Assembly (NCBI RefSeq): GCF_006345805.1
Contig: NW_021832394.1
Coordinates: 1-61,194 of the forward strand
Source of the DNA: Octopus sinensis
Taxonomy: Eukaryota
DNA: 61,194 nucleotides
Direction of reading: 5' to 3'
Position 1 is the first letter of the stretch, and each line of letters opens with the position of its first letter. Position numbers and translations under genes: made by a program. Below, piece after piece: positions 1 to 13,454 of this stretch. The notes below the pieces were generated by a model, which was not told where the DNA came from, searched no databases, and saw only the letters and a program-made list of their open reading frames with translations.

Positions 1-627
1 CTTGACTACCCCTCTAAATGTAACTTTCTAGTGTTTCTTTTATTATTGAGCATTATATTCATTATTAGTTTATCCAGCACGTTTTGCGTCATGAGATACG
101 TTGGCCAAGGTGCGTCTCAGCACTTCGTGCCAAAATGTTCCGGCCATGATCAGCTCGAATACATTGTCCAAGTCCCCCAAATATTTGTTGAGTGGCAGGT
201 ATGATTTAAGGAAAGTTGATTTCTATTTCTAACAGCTCAAGCGATTACTTAAAATACTCCCTAGTTAGATTACTTAAAATACTCCTTAGTTATTACTGCT
301 TTGATACTCTGTTTAGGGCTCCTTTGAGAGTACTGGTTATTTAATCTTAGTTCACTTTTGACCAAAGGCCTTGGCTGTTCTTTCTCTATTGTATAGTCAA
401 TTTAAGGCCAAGTCACGGTTGGAACGCCTTTTATCATATGTCTGCTTAATCAAAGCTAATATGACGATAAGTAACAAGAAGAAAAAGAAAAGACACAAAA
501 ACAACAACAACAGCAATAACAACTACAACAACAAAGGATAGACAATGATTCCGCAGTTATTGAACTGGCCAATTGTTGGCCAATTGTAGCACTGCACACG
601 ATCAGTGAAACAGACTCTATTAAATAT

Positions 628-740
628 TAAATATAATATAATATAATATAATACAATATAATACAATATAATACAATATAATATAATATAATATAATATA
701 ATATTATATTATATTATATATATTATAATATTATATAATA
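628..740. repeat. (ATAAT/ATACA)n pentanucleotide microsatellite
   Basis: Direct reading of tandem ATATA/ATACA/ATATT units. Confidence 0.85.
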
Positions 741-1048
741 CACAGACATGATAAAAATAAATATTCGTGCGTGTGTGTGTGTATATATAGGGAGATATAG
801 AATGATAAATAGATAGATAGATATATGCATAGTAAATAATCACATCATTTAAAAAAAATTAAAATTCTAGAAGCAAAATAATGTTATTTACTACATAAAA
901 AATATAATATCTAATGTTGTGTAGACATGTTTTGTGCTGTTTAATCCGTTTGATTTGTTATTTAATCTGTCTAGGCATCGCTCTAATGAGTAGATAAAAC
1001 GGTATAATGAGGGATGTCTATTTACTTTTGAACTCGGAGTGTCTACGT

Positions 1049-1172
1049 ATGCATGCATGCATGCATGCATGCATGCATGCATCCATCCATCCATCCATCC
1101 ATCCATCCATCCATCCATCCATCCATCCATCCATCCATCCATCCTATCTATCTATCTATCTATCTATCTATC

Positions 1173-1217
<45 letters not shown>

Positions 1218-1222
1218 TTATC
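1049..1222. repeat. Compound tetranucleotide array (ATGC)n-(ATCC)n-(ATCT)n
   Basis: Three adjacent arrays with closely related units. Confidence 0.95.
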
Positions 1223-1242
1223 TTCCTCTTTCAATCTGTGCA

Positions 1243-1647
1243 TACTCTCTTTTTACTCTTTTACTTGTTTCAGTCATTTGACTGTGACCATGCTGAAGGA
1301 CCGCCTTTAGTCAAGGAAATCGGCCCCAGGACTTATTCTTTGTAAGCCTAGTACTTATTCTATCAGTCGCTTTTACCGAACCGCTAAGTTACGGGGACGT
1401 AAACACACTAGCATCGGTTGTCAAGCGATGTTGGGGAGACAAACACAAACACACAAACATACACACATACATATACATATATACGATGGGCTTCTTTCAG
1501 TTTCCGTCTTCCAAATCCACTTGCAAGGCTTTGGTCGGCCCGAGGCTAAAGTAGAAGACACTTGCCCAAGGTGGCACGCAGTGGGACTGAACCCGGAGCC
1601 ATGTGGCTGGTAAGCTAGCTACTTACCACTCAGCCACTCCTGCGCCT
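1243..1647 (-). mobile_element. tRNA-headed SINE, family A, near full length
   Basis: Minus strand starts AGGCGCAGGAGTGGCTGAGTGG (A box), then GGTTCAGTCC (B box), CCTTGGGCAAGTG (CORE-like start), an internal (TG)n and an (AAAAGAGT)n tail. About 10 copies in the window. Confidence 0.9.
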
Positions 1648-1740
1648 ATACATACATACATACATACATACATACATACATACATACATACATACATACA
1701 TACATACATACATACATACATGCATACATACATAACTGGC

Positions 1741-2058
1741 ACTCCATTGGTTACGACGGCGAACATTCTTGCAGAACCGATCAACGGAATCTTTGTTCCT
1801 GAAATTAACTTTTAAGTGGCTGAGAATCCACAGACGCGCGTACCCCTAACGTCGTACTCGGAGGGATTCAGCCTGACACAGAATGTGACCAGGCTGGCCC
1901 TTTGAATAACGGGTACAACTCATTCTTACTAGCTGAGTATACTGGAGTACTGTGAAATAAAGTGCTTTGCTCAAGGACACAACGCAACGCCGGGAATTGA
2001 ACTTACGACCTTACGATCACGAGCCGAATACACCAACCACTAAGCCACGCACCTTCAC
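1741..2058 (-). mobile_element. tRNA-headed SINE, family C
   Basis: Minus strand GTGAAGGTGCGTGGCTTAGTGG...AGTTCAATTCC...GTGTCCTTGAGCAAAGCACTTTATTTCAC...GTAACCAATGGAGT. Homologous to 23571-23835 and 53384-53530. Confidence 0.85.
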
Positions 2059-2454
2059 CCATGCTTACATGCATACATACATACATACATACATATGGGT
2101 GTATGAGATGTCTAACGGTGTTGGACTGGCCAAGGAGTATACAACAACGACACTATCAACCACAAGAAGTAAAGCACACCAACTTGACTCATATCAAAGT
2201 AAAAATGATACTTGTATGTGCATGTGCACATTCATTATGCTAGAAACACTAGCCATATCGCGATCAAATCATGCCCAATTAACTAAAATGTGTAGGACTC
2301 AGATGCATTTCTCCGTGTGACGGATCCCACATGCTGTTCATCTATTACAATTCAATTGTTCAAGCCTCTGAATTGCTTTCTCCTTAAACCAACGAATAAG
2401 TGGTTGAGTATCTCTCAGACACTCGGAACCCTTAATATAGTTCTCAGGTGCGTC

Positions 2455-2580
2455 GTTGAGCTGGCAGAGTCAACTTTGTCTTTCAACATTTAGGGACCAA
2501 GAAAATAAGTATCAAATGGGGTCGATGTAATAACTTAACCCGTCCCACGAAGTTGCTAGAATTGTGCTAAATTTTGAAGC

Positions 2581-2582
<2 letters not shown>
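2455..2582 (+). mobile_element. SINE family B, internally deleted copy
   Basis: GAGCTGGCAGAGTCAACTTTGTCTTTCA...GGGGTCGATGTAA...TTGTGCTAAATTTTGAA followed by (TTA)n. Confidence 0.6.
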
Positions 2583-2622
<40 letters not shown>

Positions 2623-2636
2623 CACCATCATCATCA

Positions 2637-2706
<70 letters not shown>

Positions 2707-2723
2707 CATCACCATCATCATCA

Positions 2724-2757
<34 letters not shown>

Positions 2758-2768
2758 CACCATCATCA

Positions 2769-2813
<45 letters not shown>
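2582..2813. repeat. (TTA)n/(TCA)n array with higher-order periodicity
   Basis: Three ATCACCATCATC interruptions within the (TTA)n run. Confidence 0.9.
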
Positions 2814-2860
2814 GTATATTTTAAAAAATCATAAAGGTAACTAGACTATTATTATTATTA

Positions 2861-3403
2861 TTTAGTGAGAAAGCAGTGCATGCCATCAAAGTGATATTGG
2901 GGTAAAATATACGAAGCCCAGTATAACCATCATGACTACCCGTCTGATAAGGGTACACCAGGCACATGCATCACAAACATATGTGATCTCATATCAAGAT
3001 ACATAGCACATGACCTTGCAGGTGGGGCCCAGTTAGAATTTTCTTCTGGTCGAGTAACCCATCCTGCTCAAAAGGTCCCTGAATAAGGGTTGTTTAAGGA
3101 TGTTGAACGAACCACCCATGTTTCCAAAGGTGAATTATTCAAACCTCTAAGAATCCCTCTCAACACATGGCGGTGATACTTCCCCACTACTTCTGCTCGT
3201 GGTCAGAGATGCACATATCATCATCCACTAAGGGACATGCTCAACTAGTTATGGTCAAACAACTGACAAGCAAATCTGTGGTATTGAGGAGAATATTTGC
3301 TGTAGCCTATCTCTTATACCAAGAAAAAACAATGTACATGATAACACTTCCAATCAGTTAAGATCAGAAGCCATGAGAGCCACTGCCTGGAACTGCATCA
3401 GGG
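2861..3403 (-). mobile_element. Non-autonomous retro-like element E (~540 bp) in a (TAA)n array, apparently full length
   Basis: Minus strand begins CCCTGATGCAG and ends CACTGCTTTCTCACTAA(ATA)n. Five copies in the window, all next to TAA-type repeats. No ORF and no tRNA boxes seen. Confidence 0.8.
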
Positions 3404-3424
3404 TTATTATTATTATCATCATCA

Positions 3425-3490
<66 letters not shown>

Positions 3491-3492
<2 letters not shown>

Positions 3493-3918
3493 GAGTGAGA
3501 GAGTAGTGCATGTCATCGAAATGACACTGGGGTAAAATATACGAAGCCCAGTATACCCATCATGACAACCCATCCAATAATGTTGCACCAGGTACATGCA
3601 TCACAACCATATTGATATGGGGATCTCATATCAAGACTACGCCGCTCAAACATTCCTTGAATAAGGGTTGTTTAAAGATGTTGATCGAAACACACATATT
3701 TCTAGAAGGGGATTATTCAAACCCCAAAGAATTCCTCTATGATGCTCTCCCGCTATTTTTGCTCGTGAACAGAGATGCAGATACCGTCAGCCACTAAGGG
3801 ACATATTCAACTGGTTAAAGTCAAACAACTGATAAGCAAATCAGTGGTATTGAGTAGAATATTTACTGTAGCCCATCTTTTATATCAAGACAAAACATGT
3901 ACCTGATAACATTTCCAA
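3491..3918 (-). mobile_element. Element E, second copy with an internal deletion
   Basis: Colinear with 2861-3350 but lacks the segment corresponding to about 3000-3060. Confidence 0.8.
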
Positions 3919-4854
3919 TGGCCTGGGTCGGATATTCTGGTGTGCGAGATCTGAAGATGGCACCTGACGATTGACCAATACGTCGCAGCCTTAGTAAATG
4001 GCTCTAGCTTTTAGACAAATAACACGCATGTCATTGAAGTTAATGATATTATATTTATCTGAAGGAAAAATAAAGAAAACATGATGCTCTTCTGTGCTGC
4101 TGCTGCTGCTGATGATGATGATGATGACGATGATGATGACGATGATGATGATGATGATGATGATGACGAAATGATGGTGGTGAAAAAGATGGTGGTGGTT
4201 GTGGTGAAGGTAGGAGCATGAATACTGAAGGAAACTGATGGTACTGCTGATGATTGAAAATGTTAATAATGAAGGTATTGGTGGAGATGATGATGATGAT
4301 GATGATGAAGAAAGATGATGATGATGATGATGATGACGATGACGACGACGACGACGACGACGACGACAATGATAATGTTGGGGGTGGTGGCGCTGGTGTT
4401 GTTGGTGACTAACTGATAATCTAGCATTTGCAGCTCCACTTCTTTGTTCAAGGAATGTCATGGAAAGACAAGGGAGAGAATGAAAGAGAGAGAAAGAGAG
4501 CGGGCGAGGGGGAAGAGAGAGAGAGACAGACAGAGAAAAAAGGAAAGGAGAGGGGGAGTGAAAGAGGGAGAGAAAGAGAAAGGGAGAGAAAGAGAAAGAG
4601 AGAGAGATAGAGAAAAAGAGAAAGAAAGATAAAATGGTGGGAGAATGAAAGAGAGAGAGAAATCAGATACCAAAACAATTTACCTGTGGAATTGAGATGG
4701 GCGTGTGTGTGTGTGTGTGAGTATGTGAGCGTGTGCGTGTGTGCATGTGTAATATATGTTGGCTATTCCTATACATTATAATACAGTATATATAGTTGTG
4801 TATACCTGTAGGCATGTATACCCATATATGCATGTATATATACAAACACATAAT

Positions 4855-4942
4855 TATGCATATACAATCATATACATACATACATATTATATATATATAA
4901 TATATATATGTATATATATATATACATATATGTTTATATATG

Positions 4943-5008
<66 letters not shown>

Positions 5009-5060
5009 CATATATATATATATTATATATATATATATGTGTATATATATAATACATATA

Positions 5061-5128
<68 letters not shown>

Positions 5129-5307
5129 TATATATATATATATAGTATATATATGTATATAATATATATAATATACATATATGTTTATATATGTATGTAT
5201 TATATATATATATAATATATATATATAATATATATATATACATATATATTAATATTTATATATATAATATGTATATATAATATATAATATATATAATACA
5301 TATATTA

Positions 5308-5338
<31 letters not shown>

Positions 5339-5385
5339 ATATATACATATATAATATATATACATATATATATAATACTATATAA

Positions 5386-5420
<35 letters not shown>

Positions 5421-5475
5421 TATATATATATACTATACATATATATATATATATATATATTATATTATATATAAT

Positions 5476-5510
<35 letters not shown>

Positions 5511-5516
5511 GATATA

Positions 5517-5556
<40 letters not shown>

Positions 5557-5590
5557 TAAACATATATGTATATATATATATATTATGTAT
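4855..5590. repeat. Long (TA)n-rich compound microsatellite (representative; similar blocks at 5870-6950, 30200-30463, 44650-45290, 48500-49020, 58490-59010, 59590-60120)
   Basis: Direct reading. Confidence 0.95.
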
Positions 5591-5903
5591 ATATGTTTAT
5601 AAACACAAACATGCACACTAACGCAATTTTCTCGCAATTTTGGCAAGCTGCCTCCAAGAATAGTTCTGTTAAGTGATATTCTAAACACTACACCTTAGAC
5701 AGGCCCATGCCAGGAACACCCGCATAATTTGGTGATGTGTGTTTTACACGTAGACGCACCAATTTCTGACTACATTCATACCTCCGTACTCATACGTAGT
5801 TGTACGCATATCCACACACACACACACACATATCCATACGCACACAGATGCACACTGGCAGACACAGACATATATATATATATGTATGTATGTGTGTGTG
5901 TAG

Positions 5904-5965
<62 letters not shown>

Positions 5966-6230
5966 TGGATATATATATACACGAGTTGTATATATGAGTT
6001 TGTTTATGTATATATGAATATACAATTATATATATATACACACAAATATACGCACACACATTCACACACAGATATCTATATCTATCTATTTATATATATA
6101 TGTATATATACATACATATATATTTATATATATATACATATATATATATGAATAAATACATATATATACATAGATGTGCATATCTATACATAGATGTGCA
6201 TATAAGTTATATATATACATGTGTATATAC

Positions 6231-6264
<34 letters not shown>

Positions 6265-6689
6265 TTATTTATGCATGTATGTGTATATATATGCACACAC
6301 ACGCACAAACACGCACACATAGACACACATACATGCACACACACATATATACACATCAATACAGATATGTATACTCATGGAAACATATATGAGTTTTATC
6401 ACTTTCGTAAACACCCATATGAGATTGAAAAAAAAAACGAGAAAATAACGTACGAGATTTATTTACATTAAAACTCTTTGCCATCGAGTGTGTATGTATA
6501 TGTCTGTGTGTGAAGGTGTGTGCGCGCGTACTTGCCTGTGTAAGTTTACATAAACATATATGACTTACCTGAAACAAATACACACACTCACGCATACAAA
6601 GGAATATGTGCGTGTATATATATATATGAGCAGATATATATATATACACGCATATGTATATATATATGAATATATATATATGTATATAT

Positions 6690-6730
<41 letters not shown>

Positions 6731-6766
6731 CATAGGCATATACACATATATTTGCACGTATATATG

Positions 6767-6800
<34 letters not shown>

Positions 6801-6845
6801 CACGCACTCACACGTACAAAGGAATATGTGCGTGTATATATATAT

Positions 6846-6893
<48 letters not shown>

Positions 6894-7601
6894 TATATAT
6901 ATACATATGCATATACACATATATATGCATGTATATATATACATATACGTATACACTTGGCATAGATTTGAATGTGTGTGTACGTATTATCAGTGTATGC
7001 ATATTGGTACGTATGTAAGCGTTTGTGCGTATCTGTGTATGTGTGTGTGTGCATACGTATTACTGCATTTAAACTATTTTCCCCCATTTTCGTTTTATGT
7101 TTGTGAAGCTAAACATTCGCATAATTCCTTAATAGATCAAACACATACACATACACGAATACAACCACACATATATAATATCACACCTGCATCTCATCAA
7201 ACCTCTTTGGAATGCTAAAACCGTAATCGCCTAAGATCCAATCACCACCAATAAACAAACAAGCACAAAAATAAAGAAATGACTGAAATTACCGTATAAC
7301 CAAACCTTCTTTGATGACACTAACTGATCGTGAAAAGTGAGGAATGAACGTGACAGAGAGCCCTATTGCAACATGTTAAGTGTCTCTACTACAACGATGT
7401 GAGAGAACCATTACGTCACAGTGCCCTGAAAAATGTTATGGCTGACTCACACCATGCAATCATTTCGGACATATCAAAAAGATTCTGAAGAATACATACA
7501 TACAAACACAGATGCAGGTATTACATATATATGTAGGTATGTACATTTATGTATGTATGTATGCATATATTTATATATTATATACGCATACACACACACA
7601 C

Positions 7602-7653
<52 letters not shown>

Positions 7654-7732
7654 ATGATATATAAATATATGCATATATACATACATATATGTACATACCT
7701 ACATATATATATGTATATATGCATGCATATAT

Positions 7733-8100
7733 GGGTACAGGACATCAACAAAACGTTGAACACAATAAGAAACAGAAACATAAAAACACAAACAGAAAAC
7801 GAACTTTCTTCGAACAACGAAAAAAACAAAGCGAGAAATGAGACATACAACATAAAGAATATTCCCCTTCTTCAGTTATCCCTGTTTCATTTATTCCGCG
7901 TTACGAAGGTAAGAGCAAGACGCGACTTTGTTGAAACAGTCCTTCCCGCAAAGCACATTAAATAAAATTTGGGATTTTTTGCGGAGGGTGAAAGTGGTAA
8001 CAAGAACAGGACAGTGAGAACAAAACAGTAAAAACAAACGTTGTAGGTTGTTAAGCCAAGACAATAGATAAATTCTGAACGCTAGCAGGACGAGCTTATG
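7733..8100. repeat. Unclassified interspersed repeat-like block between fold-back microsatellites
   Basis: Non-simple sequence starting abruptly after (TA)-type repeats, with self-inverted microsatellite blocks nearby (7526-7706, 8591-8794). Family and strand not assignable. Confidence 0.35.
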
Positions 8101-8339
8101 AAGGAGACAGTATAAACACGTTTTATTTCTTTACGAAGGTAGTAGTCAGAAAGATAGATTCTCTTTAGTCATGTGTCAGCGACAAGAGAGTCTAAGAGGA
8201 GGAGTGAGAGAGAGGGAACGGCGAAGAGGAATGGAGAAGAATAGGGAAGGGTGGGAGAGAAAACCAGAAAGGATGAAGAACAAGAGAGGGAGAAATATAG
8301 ACAGAGAAGAGATAGTAACGATAGAAGAGTGCGCATCGT

Positions 8340-8563
8340 GGATCTTTTCTAAAAGATGGACAGAATTTCTACTTAACTAAATAATTTGAAACTTCGTATA
8401 CTGGTTAAAATTCGAAGAATTAAACTACGTAAAAGTTACAAAATACAATTTTCTCAAAAAAACTAGTTGAAATTAATGTTTTCTTTTGACACATTCTACC
8501 AGTATACGAAGTTTCAAATTATTTAGTTAAGTAGAAATTCTGTCCATCTTTTAGAAATGATCC
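8340..8563. mobile_element. MITE with 66-bp TIRs and 8-bp TSD (Merlin-like)
   Basis: 8340-8405 is the reverse complement of 8498-8563 with one mismatch. CGCATCGT flanks both sides (8332-8339, 8564-8571). Ends are GG...CC. Confidence 0.9.
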
Positions 8564-9647
8564 CGCATCGTAATTATTAAGATAAAACTTACTTGGAAAA
8601 GGATGCGTGGCGTTCGATCATATAATAATAAAAATAATATATAAATATATGCATATATACATATATGTACATAACAACATATATATGTATATATACATAT
8701 ATGTAGATATGTACATATATGTATGTATATATGCATATAATTATATATTATTTACATCATTATATGATCGAAAGGCACGCATCCTTTTCTAAGTATATAT
8801 ATACATATATATATATGCATAAACATAAATGCATATATATATGCATACATAAACACACACACATAAATCGGTATAACTATCATAAGATTCCACCCAATAA
8901 AGAATATATTCTCCTCCTAGCGAAATCTTACTCCTTCAAAGTACTCACAAATACTCGTAAACAACTATATGTTATTACTCAAGCAGACACCTCTTAAATA
9001 AAGAACTATAGAAAAAATATAGAAAAAATATAGAAAAAATAAGCAAAACAGAAAAAACAACAACAAATAAATGAAACTAAACAAAACAAATATCTGATAG
9101 GAGGGAAATGCGCGTGTCATTATATCCCTACACTCTTTCTATGACAATCAATAGGTATCGTGATTTTTCACCTCATAAGGTAGAAAGGTTGTGTCAAAAA
9201 TACAATACTTTCTGCGGCTGCTGAATATATAGCAGTCGGTCACGCGGATTTGGATATGAAAATGACTGAACTAACAAACCCACCGAAATATTACACACAC
9301 ACACGTACGCGCACACATATGTAAGTATTTAAATATGTCGATAGGTATGTATGTATGTATATATATATATATACACAGTCGAAAATTGTGAAGCATGACT
9401 GTCACCACTACTACATGAACCTGAAGATTGCATAATTTAATGCATGAAAGTACTAGTTCAATCAGAATGAACATTTAACATTCTATTAGTTTATTATATT
9501 ATATTATAGTATATTATCTTATATTATATCATTATAAGATTGTAAATAAAACGTGAAAATCAGACAAGGTTGAAATTCCTTTTATTAATATATTCTTCTA
9601 TACACAATCAGCCCCCCGTATATCTATCTATCTATCTATCTATCTAT

Positions 9648-9927
9648 GGGGAAGCTCGTTGTATACATATACATGTGTGTATATGTGTGTGCGCGCGCGC
9701 GTATGTGTGTCTTTGTGTTTGAGTTTGTTTCTCCCACCGCTTGATAACCAGTATTGGTTTGTTTACGTTCTCGGAACTTAGCGGTTCGCCAAAAAAAAAT
9801 AAAGCCGCTAGAATAAGTATTAGATTTAAAAATAAGTACTGAGATCATTTCGTTCAACTTAAACCCTTCAAGTTGGTGCTCCAGCATGGCCGTTGTTCAA
9901 TGACCAGAACAAGCAAAATATAAGAGG
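9648..9927 (+). mobile_element. SINE family A, 3' half
   Basis: AACTTAGCGGTTCG...AGAATAAGTA...GGTGCTCCAGCATGGCCG matches family A. Confidence 0.8.
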
Positions 9928-10361
9928 CAGAAGATTTCGACAAACTAATCTGTTAAGTAACTAAACTGCTAATTCTACGATTAATACTTAATGATTAATT
10001 TAATAATATTAACTAATATTGACTAATCATTTACTATATTCATTAGCTAATCTGTTCGCGAACTCATATGTGAACTAATATTTCAATAAAATAATCTGGT
10101 AATTTGATAATTTTTTCACGCACTAATCCGTTAATTCCAGTTTAGAAGCTAATCCATGAAAGAACTAATCTGTTAAGCGATATCTTAATTGAAGTATCTG
10201 TTAATTAACTAATCTTTTAATCCAACTAATCTGCTCGCCGGTAACTAGAATGTATTAATATTTTTCATTAATTAAGTTGCTAATCAGGTAACTAATTGAC
10301 GAAGTAATAACATACAAACCCACGTATGCAACATCATCATCAGCACCACCATCATCATCAC

Positions 10362-10392
<31 letters not shown>

Positions 10393-10396
10393 GTCA

Positions 10397-10428
<32 letters not shown>

Positions 10429-10429
10429 G

Positions 10430-10464
<35 letters not shown>

Positions 10465-11529
10465 GTCGTCGTCGTCGACAGCGACGACGACGACAACAGC
10501 AACAAGTATAAACGATCCTCTGCATGGTCATCGAATCCGCTCGAACCGTTTATCAGTAGGGCTATTTCTCTAACATAGTTTGCAATTATCTAGAAAACCC
10601 CAGAGCACTACTACTGCTACTACTACAACACTATCCTAACAACACTGTCTCTACCACTCAGTTCAGACACATTTGCAACACTCCAGAATTCCATTACTTT
10701 ACGATCCTATAAACCTTACCTCTTCCAGCAAGTACTGACACATCCACAACAACCCACACCACTACTACATTGCCATCCTCACATCACTCTACCAACTTAT
10801 GTTCGCTCTTCTTAACAGTCACGTGACATCCAGTTATTTTGTTTATTTTGATATGATGTCGGTTAGCGACATTGTCTTTTTTCTACACGCGAAATATACA
10901 GCACCACAGAGTAAAAAAATATATATGGAGAGAAGTAAAGAATGAAAATAATGAGCGAATTTTCTTCATCGTTGAACGGGTTATTACAACTCACATTACG
11001 GTCAGACGCACAAAAAACTTATTTTCCCCTCACTGCGCTCACTTTGAATTCTTTTTTGTGGGAATAACTTTTTATCGTATAAAAATGACTCGTAACTCAT
11101 TTTTACCAAAAAGTGAAAAAAGAATAATAAATAAATGATGATCTCTTGACAGTTTTTTCTGGCACTTTGTGCTACACTTCGCTGTGAGTTGACAGATATT
11201 TGGAAAAATCTCAACGTTGGATTTTGTTTTTATCTCTTGCATTACGCTCCAGCATGCCATATCTACCTTCCACAAAAAAATCCAATATTCACGCTTTTTA
11301 TTTTCACCTGTACTGATTTTTGTCTGGTCATTAGGTATGTTCAATTTTCTTCTTGGGAAGTAAACTTGAATAAACGCAATACTATAGGCCACTATAGTTT
11401 TACCTGCAGAATCAAATTCTTAAATTGTTACTATTTCCATATTTCTTTGCATACGTTTGGATTAATTCCCTACTCAAACCAATTTAGGAATACAATTATA
11501 GCTAATATTCCATATCTGATAAATGTTAC

Positions 11530-11742
11530 TTTTAAATTTTGGCTCAAAGCCAGCACTTTCAAGGGAGAGATAGGTCGATTACATCGACTCTAGTAATCAA
11601 CTGGTACCTATTTTATCGACCCCGAAAAGACGAAAGGCAAAGTCGACCTTGTCGGAATTTGAACTCAGAACGCAAATGCTGACGAAATGCCCATAAGCAT
11701 TTTGCCCAGCGTGCTAACGATTCTGTCGGCTCACTGCCTTCG
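11530..11742 (-). mobile_element. SINE family B (Meta-domain-like core)
   Basis: Minus strand GAGTTCAAATTCC (B box), GTCGACTTTGCCTTTCGTCTTTTCGGGGTCGATAAAATAGGTACCAG, tail GCTTTGAGCCAAAATTTAAA. Confidence 0.85.
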
Positions 11743-12768
11743 TGATGTACTTACTTTAAATATCATGATGGAATAAATTTTATGACACTGTCCCCTCTCC
11801 ACTGTGTTGACACATCCAGAACAGCTCAGAACACCATCCTAAATCGCTCCTAAGCAATCCAGAAACATCAACCTGCCCGGGACATTTCTTTAACACTATC
11901 CTAATGACAGTATATCTCCTTCTCAATCCAGACACATAGAAAGCACCCCAAATACTACTACGACACCACTCTTACAACACTATCTCTTCCACACAGTCTA
12001 CACGTATTTATAACATCCCAAGCAATACTTGTGAGCTGTTCCGTTGCTTTTTGAGTTGTAACAATGACTTATAACCGATAACTATTGCTCTCCTTGTTGT
12101 ACGCGATGCGAGGTAGGCGAGGTTGGAGTGTTACAGACAACACTGTTCAAACAGGGCAGACAACGAGGACCGTCATCCATGGTCATTATGGTTGGTCGGA
12201 GCTAGTATAGAATACAAAAAATATTTGCAGTTGCTAAATAAATGAAATAACACTCTTTTTAAGGAGTTGAGAAACCTACAGCAGCAACTTCTCAATTAGA
12301 ACTGTGGAAGAGGCAGGATAATTTTCAGGGAATTATTGTTTTTACAAAAGAAAAAAGAATGCAGCAAAATACGATGTGGAGTGAGAGAGAGAGAGAGAGG
12401 GAGGGGAGAGAGGGAAAGAGAGAGAGAGAGAGAAAGAGAGGGAGAGAGAAATGGTGACGGCTAGAATGTCTCGATCAGAGGTCAGATCGTCTATGGATGA
12501 CCTGGGACTAAATAGCAACAAACAGAAGAAGCAACGCACCGCTACCATCACGACCACCAGCACAGCCACCAAGAGTAACCGCACCACCACCACCACCACA
12601 CCACCACCACCACTACCACCACCTAAACAACAACAACCTCACAGCCATACTACCATTACCACTTCTATCCTGACGTCCACCAACACTTCCAATCCCCTAA
12701 CTACTACTCCTCCTCCCACGACTACCACGGCTACAACATCACAACCATAACCACAACCATCAATATCA

Positions 12769-12808
<40 letters not shown>

Positions 12809-13165
12809 CCAACAACAACAAAAGCAATAACAACACTACTCTCTCCAGAGTGAAACAGTCTGTAATCTGTAATTAAGATTTAACTGAAACATAATTAATA
12901 ATGAATAATGTAAGGCGAATATTCAATTACTTCTCTTCTACCCTTTTATTCCACCCCTAATTTACCCTCTAACCTACCTCCCTCTTTTTTATCCTGTCAT
13001 CTTCTTTTCCCCTATATCTCTGTTTACCTCGTTTTCCTTTTGTGCTCCTCTCTCACCTTTGCTCTCCTCATTCTCTGTCCTTTTGTAGAATTTCCAAAAG
13101 TGCATAACTTTCTCTTCTTCGGTATTCCAATCTCTTTCTATGTATTTCCGTTAACTCCCTTCTCC

Positions 13166-13240
13166 TATGTATTTGGCCGAATGGATAAAATTCTGTAAAA
13201 TCTAGCACTAAAGATCGTGTGTTCGAATTTACTCATACCG
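13166..13240 (+). pseudogene. Degenerate tRNA-like sequence or orphan SINE head
   Basis: TGGCCGAATGGATAA (A box) and GTGTTCGAAT (B box) at tRNA-like spacing, but the stems do not close. Confidence 0.35.
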
Positions 13241-13265
13241 TTTTAATATTTGCCACGACATATAT

Positions 13266-13454
13266 AGGGAGAGTTCGCGAAAAAAACAAAAGACGAAGAC
13301 AAGTGGTGTAGAAAACAAACAGATGTATTAGTATAACGCTCGGGAATTGAAAAAGTCTTTAACGTTTCGAGCCTATGCTCTTCCACAGAAAGGAACACAG
13401 AAAGAAACAAGAAGAGAAAAAATGTGTGTAGTGGCTAGCGATCTATCATGGCGA
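13266..13454 (-). mobile_element. Short non-autonomous PLE-like element carrying a hammerhead-like fold
   Basis: About 190 bp between TA runs; contains the fold at 13357-13392. Confidence 0.55.
13357..13392 (-). ncRNA. Minimal type-I hammerhead-like motif (A6U core variant)
   Basis: CTTT CTGTGGA A GAGC-ATAG-GCTC GAAA CG TT AAAG: stems I and II pair; palindromic AACGTT. Confidence 0.6.

Noticed and set aside
7860-7912. Hammerhead around minus-strand CTGAAGAAGGGG / CCTTCGTAACGCG
   Set aside because: No intact GAAA and no consistent stems I and III in this copy.
10610-12030. Recurrent ACACTATC...CCAC.CAGT..GACAC motif as a structured element
   Set aside because: Only weak, degenerate similarity among about 4 units; cannot be supported by eye.
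12451-12750. ORF MVTARMSRSEVRSSMDD... as a host exon
   Set aside because: Only about 30 complex codons before simple repeats; no recognisable domain or convincing splice donor.
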